Below are positions 1 to 12,141 of a stretch of 64,000 nucleotides of DNA, piece by piece. Below the pieces are notes generated by a model. It did not search any database. It was not told the origin of the DNA and saw only the letters and a program-made list of their open reading frames with translations. Both the position numbers and the translations under genes were made by a program. This DNA is from Paramecium tetraurelia. Its lineage: Eukaryota. The first letter of the stretch is position 1. Each line of letters starts with the position of its first letter. The stretch covers positions 1 to 64,000 of the forward strand of contig CT868396.1 in assembly GCA_000165425.1 (NCBI GenBank), read 5' to 3'.

Positions 1-10
1 GACGCAAGTA

Positions 11-93
11 CCCAACCCCAACCCCAAACCCAACCCCAACCCCAAACCCCAACCCCAAACCCAAACCCAACCCCAACCCCAAACCCAAACCCA
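11..93 (+). repeat. Left telomere: mixed CCCCAA/CCCAAA repeats
   Basis: About 14 tandem hexamer-like C4A2/C3A3 units at the window start; this mix is characteristic of Paramecium macronuclear telomeres. Confidence 0.95.
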
Positions 94-2330
94 TATAAGT
101 TGTTACTCATTGTATAAGAAGATAGATAAACCCTTATATTGCAGGGATTTAAAATGCAATTCTTTAGACGAAGCATGTTTTAGTAGAAATGAATAGAAGG
201 ATTAACAATAAATCATAAAACATATCTCAAAATTAAATAAATTATGTCAGAATAACATCCAATAATAACTTTTATTTTCTCAGTCCTTATCTGAATCACT
301 CATTATTATTTAAGTTTAAAATTATTCTATAGACACTGATAAAACTCTGGTAAAATAGTTTGAGTCATTCAGATGAGCTTTAGAAACCAATACTAAAATT
401 TGGATTATAGATTAGGAATGCCATATCGTAGGCAATTAAATTCCAACCTGGCTTAATCCTATATAAAAAATAGTCCCTGAAGACTACCGGCAACATGAAT
501 AAATAATTGACCATTTTATAATCTCTACTCAAATGGGTGATATGATTTGAAATCTTATTGAAAACTCTTAATTATCAATATTGAAGTATGTAATTGATAA
601 AAATGATCGATCTATTTTAGCGAAAATAAGCTACTTCATGTAACCGAATTAAAGTCGAATTCTAAATATATAATATAAAGATCCAAAAAAATTTTGAATT
701 AGTAATTTAATTTAGTAATGTTAAAAGGCAATTAAATTTTATTTCAAACTGATGATGGTTTAATTTTATTGAATAAATATTTATTTTTAATTCTATGCAC
801 ATAAGAAGATAATCTATAAGAATCACTTTGCTATTTACAAGAATTGAAAGGTGTTCGATCTCTCGTCAAATTTTTTCTGTTAAATTTTAGATATCATTCT
901 ATTTCTATTGTCTTAAGTGAGCAACAATAGAATCAAGAATAATAAAAAGATAATTTATCCCAAGCTAATTCTACATCCTACGAATGAAGCGATTAGTAGT
1001 AGATTCTACATAAATCGGGTATCATATCAGACAATTCATATGTTTGAGGGTTAGACATTGCTAAAATAAAACATATTTCAAACTAAACAGGCTATTGGGA
1101 AGTCTTTATGAGAAATTATTTTTAGCCATTTAATAAAATAACCATATAGGCTACAAACTGGAATATTATATAATGTAACCTATATTTTGATTATGAAAAT
1201 AGAAATAGCGATAGTTCAAATTGTTTCAAGTTAAATTATATAATTCTATTAATATTAATTATGTGAAAACTAATACATTGTTGGAGTAATGAGAAATTTA
1301 TGATACAGAATGCTAATAATAAAGCATTTAGTATGGGGTCTTATATTAAATTACAAATAAACAACGATTTTACTATTATATGTGACAATTTGATTAATTA
1401 AAATATCAACATAGGAGGAATTTATAAATTTAAATTTGAGTTTTTATGTATTCGTTATATAGAATTTATAAATGTATTTATCTTTTGAGTTTTGTGATAG
1501 TGTTTACAAAATAAGTTCCCATGTACATATTTAAATTACCCTTTCTACGTAAGAATAAAAAATGCTTTTTTATATCTCTCGCAAAATTAAGGTAAGGTTA
1601 ATATAATTAAATTTATTTTTATTCTTGATTGGCTGATTGGAAAAAAATAAAAGTACTCTTTCCTAGTGTGCAATATAGTTGTGGTTACAAATTTGCGGAG
1701 ACATGTTAATTCTGAAGGGTAATTACTGTTACCAGATTTTTCTTCTGTGAAATTTATACTAATAGCATAGATTAGATTTTATTAGATCCTGACCAATTAA
1801 TAAATAATAAGACTATTTAGAGATGTTTTTGCACTTCATTGGACTATACCATAACCAGATATTACATTATTAAACCTTCATTTAATTAATGATTAAGAAA
1901 GTCAAAACATTTTTCATTACCAGTGAATTTAATAGCGAGCCTCACCAGTTGTGCTACTATAAGGCGCTATCAAGATTTATAATTTTGGATAAATTTGTTG
2001 AAAGGAAAACTTTTTATTATTTGAAACCGCTACAAAGAATCCCATAATTCTTATAAAGTGTTAGAATTACTGATTGAACAGTATAATTCGAGAAATGAAT
2101 CAAGGAAGCCAAAGGGTTACTAAAATTGTAACTATTATATCTTTATACAAATTAAATATTGATATTATCTAAATTTTGCTTATTGTTAATTTATTATATT
2201 AGGATAATCAATTTTTCGTTTATGAAATAATTTTATAATTTAATTTAATATCTGTTAATATTATTTATAATTAAAGGTTTTGAGAAAATAAATCTTTTTA
2301 AATTATTTTATTTTATTTAGAACTCATACA

Positions 2331-2740
2331 ATGTAGATATCTAATATCAATGATTTATCTGAAATCATAAAGGAGGCAGAGAAAGTTTACACATTTAGAA
2401 AGCTAGAAAAGTAAGATGCTTAAGAACTCATGTTATTAATGACTGATGCCTTTGTACATCGTAACGATGTCTTTTTGGCTGCATAATCAATAGAATCAGA
2501 TATGAATAGTGATGGCGTTCTTTAAGAATAGTAAAAGTTATATATATCTTTGAATGAGTTTATTAATGATTTAAGAGAACCTTTCTTTGGGGCATTTCAT
2601 GAGGAAAAGCTAGTCTCAGCATGCTTAAGTTTCGATTTATCCCGCAAGTAGGATATAGAAGTAGATTCTGGGATTGAACCAACATAAGCAATGAAAGACA
2701 TTGGAAAGGTAATCAAAACTTTTCTTGATAAATATTCTTA
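2331..2740 (+). CDS. GNAT/AANAT-like N-acetyltransferase, 5' part only (3' end lost near the assembly gap)
   Basis: Ciliate-code ORF MQISNINDLSEIIKEAEKVYTFRKLEKQDAQELMLLMTDAFVHRNDVFLAAQS...PFFGAFHEEKLVSACLSFDLSRK; the beta1-helix-'F...' and 'A....KLV...L..D' pattern resembles AANAT-like GNATs. End approximate. Confidence 0.55.
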
Positions 2741-2925
2741 TACAATTTTTCTTCCAAATTACTAAATATCATATCTGAATGACAAGGCTACATCTTCAAA
2801 TTAATTTTAACTTTATCTTTCCATTAAAATTTCCTAATTATTATATCCTTATATCATAAAATTATTAAATATTAATTTTTTAACATTATCTTTACAATTT
2901 TCTACCTACAATTCAAACACAAATA

Positions 2926-3346
2926 NNNNNNNNNNNNNNNNNNNNNNNNNNNNNNNNNNNNNNNNNNNNNNNNNNNNNNNNNNNNNNNNNNNNNNNNNNN
3001 NNNNNNNNNNNNNNNNNNNNNNNNNNNNNNNNNNNNNNNNNNNNNNNNNNNNNNNNNNNNNNNNNNNNNNNNNNNNNNNNNNNNNNNNNNNNNNNNNNNN
3101 NNNNNNNNNNNNNNNNNNNNNNNNNNNNNNNNNNNNNNNNNNNNNNNNNNNNNNNNNNNNNNNNNNNNNNNNNNNNNNNNNNNNNNNNNNNNNNNNNNNN
3201 NNNNNNNNNNNNNNNNNNNNNNNNNNNNNNNNNNNNNNNNNNNNNNNNNNNNNNNNNNNNNNNNNNNNNNNNNNNNNNNNNNNNNNNNNNNNNNNNNNNN
3301 NNNNNNNNNNNNNNNNNNNNNNNNNNNNNNNNNNNNNNNNNNNNNA
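2926..3346. other. Assembly gap (N run)
   Basis: 421 consecutive N. Confidence 0.99.
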
Positions 3347-5243
3347 AATCCTTGATGGCAACAATAACGCCTTTATGATATCATATGTTAATGAGAACAA
3401 TATAACAAAATTTTAGAACTCCTATTTCTAACAAAATATTATCCAAAATCGTATATTTATGAATTAGATTTTCAATTTCTATATTTGAGAATATAAATTT
3501 GGACTTTCTTTAAAATATTAATTCTAAAAATTGATAGTTTATGAATTAAGCCTATCGCCACTAAAATACTTTACCAGATAAATAATATATTTGGGTGATT
3601 TCATTAAATTAATATGTGTTTAGGATTAGACTGTGTCATTCTTCGCAGAAGCTATATTGATAATACTTGCTACATTTATAGAATTATTTTTTCAAATTGC
3701 TAAAGAATTCCTTAGCCGATCAGGTTATGAAAGGATTTCTTTGATATTATAATTTTTAAATTATCGAAATTATTCTTCAATTTTCAGGATCAATGCATTT
3801 TCATTTTATTTTATAAATCATAAATGAATCTTACTAAATAAAACTGTATTGGTTTAGTCTAACCTGTGAACTTATCTACTTAAATTTGCCTTGTTTCTAA
3901 AATCCTTTACTTCATTACATTAAACTAATTATATTGGTAACTATAAAATTCTATTTTGATTTCCTAAGTTGTAAATTTATTATTAATTAGCTTTATTACT
4001 AAGAATGAATTTTTAGATTTGATTTCCTTAAATATGAAAGAGTTTCAAGTACTAATATTTAATTGATTACAATAAAGTCATTTTTATGAAATAATTAGTA
4101 ACGTGGACAACTAGGAAATTTAATAGAATCACTAAATTTTTTAATAAATCTAGAGAAAACAATTTAAAAGAGAAATCAGTCTTTTATTATTAATTATAAT
4201 TGTTCTTAGAAATATTGCTGCACAGAGTTAAGATGTGCATGAAAATAAGATTTTAATCAAAAATTTCGTGCAACAGCATATGATTCACCAACAGTTTAAT
4301 ATTCTTTGGAATTTCATTTTGATTAAAATTCATTTTATGATAATTTATACTCTACTTCACTTCTTCATTTTAGCTTTCCTATAGAATTGAAATGATATTC
4401 TCATCAGAACATTAGATGATTACGTATTTGAACAGAATTATTAACGAAGGCATTATCCTTTAGTAATTGTCTTTGAGTATTACTATTAATTATCAAAATT
4501 TAAACCACAAACATTTAGATTTTGGGTGATGAGAAAACCTTACTAATTCAACTTTCAAATGGCTTGGCAAGGGGAAGTTGAAAAATTTATTTTTTGAAGT
4601 TTAATTTCTTTATTTTAGAGAAACTTTAAAAATTTAAAAATCAGATAAATTTTAACCCGATACCTAAATTCATATTCTGCACTAGTCTAATTGAAAACTT
4701 TATTGACAGATGATCAATTTCTATCCTCATGACTACCTATGAATCAAATAATATAGTGACTTTATCAATAATCACTAGAGAAATGTCACTTATATTTAAC
4801 AAGATTAGTTATATATATGATCCTATTAACCTACTCTACTACATGTTTCAGCTGCAGAAGTGTAAGAAACACATGCGCTCATACTCTTCTTCATTTATGG
4901 ATGTTGAGCATTTTGAATCATCTATTTATGTGCATTCCCCAACTTAAAACCCGCAAAAAATTTTATTCCCTGATGACATGAAATTGCAGTCTGCTGAATG
5001 TTTAAACCTAAAGATTGATATATCTATTAGAATGTTGGCTGAATTGAATATATTTTATATTCGCTATATTGGAAGAATATGTAGAAATACTTGTTGACCA
5101 TGAAAAATTCATGGTGCAATAAATTTATTACGATTTCTTCGCAATCATATTGATGTTTGCAATTAACACTTAAGTAGAAAGAAATATACTAAATAACAGT
5201 AATATTACTCTCTCCACATTATCGATTTAACATAGTTATCCAA
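3347..5243 (-). pseudogene. Degraded Cys-containing surface/membrane protein gene (uncertain)
   Basis: Minus-strand fragments such as CGFQVGECTQIDDSKCSTSINEEEYERMCFLHFCS followed by TGA, with frame switches; no continuous model. Confidence 0.3.
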
Positions 5244-5477
5244 TTTTTATTTTAATTATTACTTAATATCTAAAGATGAATTAATCTATATCTTTAAATT
5301 ATCAATTTAGAAGGAGCTCATAAATATTATAAAGTGAGTTAGATAATAAATTTTGAACAGAAATTTGATACATGAATGGAAATTAATAGAGAATTTATGA
5401 AAAATTCTCTTCTGAATTATTAAATGTGAAAATTTACATTAATAAATAGGGGCCCATATTAATTTATTTAATTTAAC

Positions 5478-6120
5478 AATGCTTCATTAAAGATTCAAAG
5501 CTCACAACACTGATTGCAAGTTCAAGATGAGAACGCAATAAACTACTAAATGCTAAGGGTAATGAAAAATTCATAATTACAATGTTTATGGTATAGGAGA
5601 TGCCCACTAGAGAAAATTTTTTATTTATTAAAAATTGAAATAAAAAAAAATTCAAAAGAGAATTTAAAAATAAAATAAGAGTCTAATTTTCTTCTCATAC
5701 ATAGTGAAGCTAAATATGAAGGAGATTTGTTGAATGATCAATATTATGGGAAGGATTTGAAGTATTGAAATCTATAATTCTAAAGGAAATATATACGTAA
5801 GGAAAAAATTTGTAAACCAAGTATTAATTTACAGACAATGTTATTTATAAAAGAGATTTTTGGATGATGAAATGAGTGGGTTTAGTAAATATACTTGAAA
5901 ATACGGGAAATTATAGAGAAAATTTGTCAAATGAATAAAATTAATGAATAGTATGAAATTTATATGGCGAGATAGAAAAAATTACAAAAATATTGTTTAG
6001 ATGATTAATCACATGGTTAAATGTTATACTTGTTTTAACAGTATAAGTATGAAGGACTATGGACTAAGGGAAAATATTATCCTAACTGGGACAAAATAGA
6101 AGGATGCATTTGAATACATT
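5478..6120 (+). pseudogene. MORN-repeat protein pseudogene
   Basis: Recognisable MORN units (YEGDLLNDQYYGK; DDEMSGFSKYT-TGA-KYGK; YEGLWTKGKYY) broken by an in-frame TGA and frameshifts. Confidence 0.7.
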
Positions 6121-6264
6121 AATTTTAATTCTCTATAATATTTTACTCTTATACAACATCTTTCTACCATTAAAGTAAAAATGTTGAAAGCTTCACTTAA
6201 AATTAATAATCTCAAATTGTATTCAGTATAAAATATATATTTTCTATCAATAATCATAATTAGT

Positions 6265-7449
6265 TCAGAATACGCAACTGCGAACTATTATAGCACAAGA
6301 ACCTGTTGCATAACAACACATCGGAATACAGCAACAGAATAAAAATAAAATAAAAATAGCACCACTAATAAGATAGAGATTTCCTTGAGAATTTTCTTCA
6401 TCTTCAAAATAGTTACTGCCCAATTCTGAGGGACATTTTTCTTCTCCTTCTGCTTTAATGCATTACATTTCTAAAGTTTAGCCATTTACTGTATCATAAA
6501 TCTCCGTATCTATTTGAGATGTTGACAAAGTAGAGGCTACTCTAATAGTGACTTCTGTACTCCAAACAATGTCAACCCTTAACTGGATAATGGCTTATCC
6601 TTTTTTTGAATTATTGATTGATATAATTGTGGCTTTTTTATTCAATCCAGTAGCAATATACCAAACTTCTGTTAACACCAAATAGTAATCCATTTCATAT
6701 GTAGTCACTACTTGCTGTAATACAAATTGGTCAAGATAATGTAAATCTGGAGTAACATATGATTAGCATGTCAAATCTTAGCAAAAGCGTACCTAAGTAT
6801 CATCAATTTCATAGCAACTATGTTCAACTCTACATTATAATGTAGATGAATAACTTAATGATTTGAAATATGTATCATATGTAGTTCCACTTGCTTTGTC
6901 AACAGTGACTGAAAATTCAAAATAGAAGAAATAATAGGGCCGGTCATAATTTGCATCTGCAATGTAAAAAGCGATAGCATAATACCCTTAGTAAATAAAA
7001 TTTGCACTCGTAGTAGTCAGCACTAATCTTGTCCCAAATTGTTCTTTTGGAATAGTAAATAAATAATATCTCCATTAATTTGGAGAGTAGCTTGAATTTG
7101 TTATGGGTAAATCTGTAACTTAAACTGGGTCAGAATAAGTATTTGAATTGTATTACCATAGTTTAAGGTCAAGACATGTGGTTTCTGCTGCTTTTCCATC
7201 TTCTTAAACAAGGCCAAAATATTTTGGATCATTAAATAGATCAACATCAGAATATCTTATTTTTATGTTTATATCATTTTGGCTGAGAGGAACTTCTCCT
7301 GCAAAAGATAATTTAGTTGCTCCAGTTCCAAAGCTATTATTTACATTAAAAAATTTTTTCAAGTATTTAACACAATTTTCACCTTAAAAATCAAGTCTTT
7401 CATCTGTCGCATGAGGAAAAAGAAATACCATCATTAGAATGGGTTTCAT
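6265..7449 (-). CDS. Intronless 394-aa single-pass membrane protein with Cys-rich C-terminal tail, unknown family
   Basis: Uninterrupted ORF in the ciliate code, ATG 7449 to TGA 6265 (1185 nt); hydrophobic N-terminus MKPILMMVFLF, beta-rich ectodomain, TM LYLISGAIFILFLF, then CCCIPMCCYATGSCAIIVRSCVF. Confidence 0.85.
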
Positions 7450-10218
7450 ATTTGTTTTTATTTTAATAATGACTTTTTCTTTAATTACATTGAAATTTAA
7501 ATACATTAAAATAATTCTATTTATTAGTAGTTTGTTTTCTTATTATCCAATTACCAATTATTATAAAACAAATCTTTCCATAAAGTGAGAATAAAAATAA
7601 GAATCCAAATTTCATAGTTTGATTAGATGTATCAGAAATTTACATCTCAAACGAGAATGCAATAAAAGAGCGTGAGGAATCAGAAAATGGAAATAGAGGA
7701 AAAAAAAGAAAAATTGATAAATTTTGGCGAATACTACATTTTAAATTCTTAAATATATGATATAATTCTAGAAACTTCTAATAGATACGAACAATAGAAG
7801 GAAAAGAAATAAAATATGTTTCAGAAAACAATCAAATCCTCTTCCTACCAGAGTTTATTATGAAATTTTAGCTATATATAATTGTTTAGAATATTTATTT
7901 TTTTTATAGGAGAAAATAATAGAAGTATGATTATGATTAGGATTCAGTTATAATAGAAATAAAGGTATTTTTTGAATTATAAAGATGTATGAACATTTCG
8001 TCATACTTTTGCTCTTCAATTTGACCTATTTTTATGGTATTTTTAATTCTTTAGTGATTTATAATACAAAGTAGTTTTTGGAGATAAGGTAATTAGATTT
8101 TCTTTATATTACTAATAATCAATATAAAAATTCTCCTAAGTTTTACAATTTAAAAAAGAAAAGTCATTAAATACATTTTATATAGAAAGAAGAAACAGAA
8201 AATAATCATCATCAGCAGGTAGTAAATTTGGCTATGATTGCAGGGGAAATTTGCAAGATTATGTGATAACATCTTAGCAAATATTAATAAAAAATATGCC
8301 AGCATATTAATACTGTTTAAATGTTAAAATTTATAAGTGTACAATTTTAATAGGTAAAAAATGATCAAATTATTATTTATTAATTTAATTATTATAAATT
8401 GAAGGCTAAGGAAATTAAAAATACTTAAATTCTTTTCAGAATATTTTACTTAAAGTACTCAACTTACCAAGACCTAACCTCATTTAAGCATTAATAATCG
8501 GAGAATAATTTATTGAAGTTGCCATTAGAAATTACATTAAATATTCTAATAATTATAAATGAAATACATTAAACTTATTCAACACGTTTTACTATAGAAA
8601 ACAGTACATCGATTTAAAATAGATTTCTTAAATGAAGACTGATTAAAGTTTGAAATATTTATCATATGGCAGAGCATCTCTAAAATTGTTGCAATAAATG
8701 ATATTATTTGCCTGTATTTATTAAGGTAAGTTTTCATTCTTTCTATCTTTAAAGAAATACAAAATATTTTTTCTTCAACAATTCTTTTGATTAAAGGCTA
8801 TAATTTTATTTTGTTTGAATTTCCCTTTATTAATTTATATACATTCATTTTCAATATAATATTCAAACTTATTTTCTAAGTCAAAAATCAAATTTAAGGA
8901 ATTTACAAGAAACAAGATAATATGTTTATTAAAGAAAGATTTATAGGGTTATGATATCAAATAAAATCAGTTGCACTCATTCATCAATATACACATAATT
9001 ATAATAATTATTGAGATTAAGAAATTATGTTAATTTTGTTTCTTTTGGAAATGCAATGAATTTTAAGTTTTTGATGAAAAAGTAATATTAAAATATAGAC
9101 CAATGTTTGTTTTATTATCTTTATTAAAAAAAATCAAAATGAATGGACTTTAAAATTTTATTACAGAGGGATCAATTCTAAGTAATTAAATTATTATTTA
9201 AATCCAAATGAATAATTATTTGGAACTCGATAGGGTTCTATTGATTTTGTAAGAGATTAGTGAAAGTAATGTTAAGAAAATGAAATAATAATAATAAAAA
9301 GGATATTTTAATTGCAATATATGATTTTATTTTCTATAAATGAAATTCACTTTTCTTACCCTAATTGTAGTTACAATCAAACATATTTTCAGCCTTTTAC
9401 AAGGCCCAAAATAATAACCTTCTCTTGATTTACTAGTTTCAAAGCTTAAAAACTATGAACATATTCTGAACAAAATTTGGTAATTGGATAAAATCCATCA
9501 GTCAAACCTGGTTTGCATAACTATAATTACTAAAAAAAGTAGATAATACTTCATGCATTTATAATTATAACATAGATCTGTTATTATGATTGAATGGGAT
9601 CCAAACAAAACTAGGCATTCTCTCAGATAATTTCTCTGAATTAAACATTTTTACTTTTATCATACAAGCAAATCGATTTATTTCGAGATCTTTAAAATCC
9701 TAATAACTCATGATTGAGATAACGAAAGCAAATAAAAAGATTTATATTTATTTAATCTCTATGTAACATCATTACAATCTGATAATAAATGATTTAATAT
9801 TCTATACTTCTAATTTAAAGTCAAAATTTATTAATTCTATCTGTTATACTAATGAAAATAACAACTTATATTTAATTAATTAAAGTAAAATTTTCCATTC
9901 TTTCGCAAAATTTGGTTCTTAATTATGTTTGAGGCGCAATTGAATTTTAGAAAAATCAATGAATCAAAAATGAGCAAACATGTCTGTGCTAAATTCCATC
10001 AGTTTACATTTCAGAATTAGTTAGTGCAGTTTTGAAATACATTAAAAAATTTTATAAAAATAATTGAAGCTGTATTAAACTATTCATGATTCTTGTTAAG
10101 AACTCACCAAATTAGGATTTATTAATATCAATTATTCGTTTTACAATAATTCAGAAACATTATTTTATAAATTTATAAATCCTTTATACTTAAATAATTT
10201 TAATTAAAATTAAAAAAA

Positions 10219-10290
10219 TCACCAACCCGGAGACTTGAACTCGGATCTTTACTGCTAGAGAGCAATGTTTTACCACTAAACTACTTGATG
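10219..10290 (-). tRNA. tRNA-like gene with CUA anticodon (atypical body; possible pseudogene)
   Basis: Minus strand CATCAAG TA GTTT AGTGGTA AAAC A TTGCT CTCTAGC AGTAA AGAT CCGAG TTCAAGT CTC(C)GG GTTGGTG A, followed by T7. A-box, B-box and Pol III terminator present; one bulge in the T stem and a G:G mismatch in the acceptor stem. Confidence 0.65.
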
Positions 10291-12141
10291 ATACTTATAA
10301 TAATAATAGAAGATGCCTTAAAAATGAAATCGAAAATTCTTTTTTCTTCTCTTGTAATTTTTTACTGACTTGAGATGAAAATCATATTTATTAAAATCAA
10401 TTTGGGCAAGAGAAAATTACCTACTTTCAGTATATATTAATTTTCAAATAATTACATAAAAAGTATTTATTATAGTTATATTTTGATTTTATTATAGATA
10501 ATAGTTTATTTGCACAAGGTTTTATTAAATAAGAACTTTAAAAATACACAATTTACACAAGTATCAGTTTCTTATCATATCAATTAATATTTTTGAGGTT
10601 AGATAATTGCATTAAATGACATTATAATAACAGCCAATTCTTCTATAACAGAACGATTAGTATTTTAATTAATCAAATGATGGTATTAAACTGTAAAATA
10701 TCAAAATTTTGATTTGTAAAAATTTGTAGATAAACTACAACCTATTGGCTTTTTTATTAATAACTATATTAAAAATTGATAAAAATCTTTATAATTTTAA
10801 GAATTAATAGTTTTATTATAGAAAGCCTTGTATTATCAATAAATCAATTTTAAAGAGAAAATAAATAGTCGATTAATGTACGTTTAGTAAGATAAATTTA
10901 TATGCTAAAGGCTAATATCAATTAATTTGTAGTGTTGGAAGTAGTGGAGTAATGAATTAAAGCAGAGAAAATTATCACAAGACTGTCAAATATTAAAGCA
11001 ATATGGAAAATATCTGTTCAAGGAGGAAGTTTGAAATTAAAATGTTGGAAGAATCCATTTAAATTTGGTTTAGATATTCATTGAATATGAAAATCATAAA
11101 GAAATATTTATTAATAAATGATTTCATTTTAATTGTTTAGAATTTATCGTGACTTAATAATCAATTTAAAATCAGTTAATAGTTGAATTAAATCCTGTAT
11201 ATATATTGGGTTCTATTAACACTACTACAACTAAAGCAATGTTATTGCCCTTACCTATTAATTCTTTTAGTGTATACTACCTAAACTGCTTAAAAGGACT
11301 TGGTTGGTACTAATATCTTACTCTAATTGTACTTTAACTTGCTCTTCATATTCTTAGATTAGTTACTAATTGTTTCGAGTGCTCCATTTTGAAATTTTGA
11401 GCTAGTTGATTCCATCCTAAAATAAGGTTTAAAAGGAAATTTGGATAAGCCTTAAAAATATTAGATATTACAGTAGAATATAAAAATAATAATCATTGTT
11501 CCTTTTGGTGTTAAAAGGGAAAATAATTTATATCTAAGTAAATGCCAAAGATTTATTTTCTTTTATTCTTGACACTTTTTTTAATAATGAAACCTAATCC
11601 CACTTAAATTATTAAATGCTTTCATGGCAAAAGAAGAAATCCTACAAATATCATAAATTTATTGTCACTTTTTCTCTAAATAATGTTTATATTATATAAA
11701 GAATATATATAATCTAAAAATGATAATGGTAGTAAACGCATTCTAGTAGAAAAATGAAAAAAAATTCTTCCTAGCTACTACGACACCAGTCCTTTGCCCA
11801 ACCTATACTACATATACGGCGCCATACTAGTAGTAAGAAGTAGCAAGAACCAAACCCTTGATGAGCAATAAATCTCTAACTTACTAAAACAATATATATT
11901 TTCTCAATCTCATCCAAAAATTTACTCAATCTCTTTTAGCTCAACTAACATTTTACCCTCTCATTTTCAATCTCCTTTCTTTCATATAATTCAAACCCAA
12001 TAGATTTAAAAACTAGAAGAAACTGTTATTTTATTCCATAGAAGGGGTGTATTTTTTTTCATTCAATCAAATATATAATTAGAAAAAATCGAATGAAATA
12101 ATTAATTTATTTAAACAGAATAATATTTAATAAAATTAAGG

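Noticed and set aside
94..12100. Search for transposon remnants (Tc1/mariner DDE, terminal inverted repeats) in the gene-poor segment
   Set aside because: No transposase motif or terminal inverted repeat was recognisable by eye; a profile search would be needed to exclude decayed copies.
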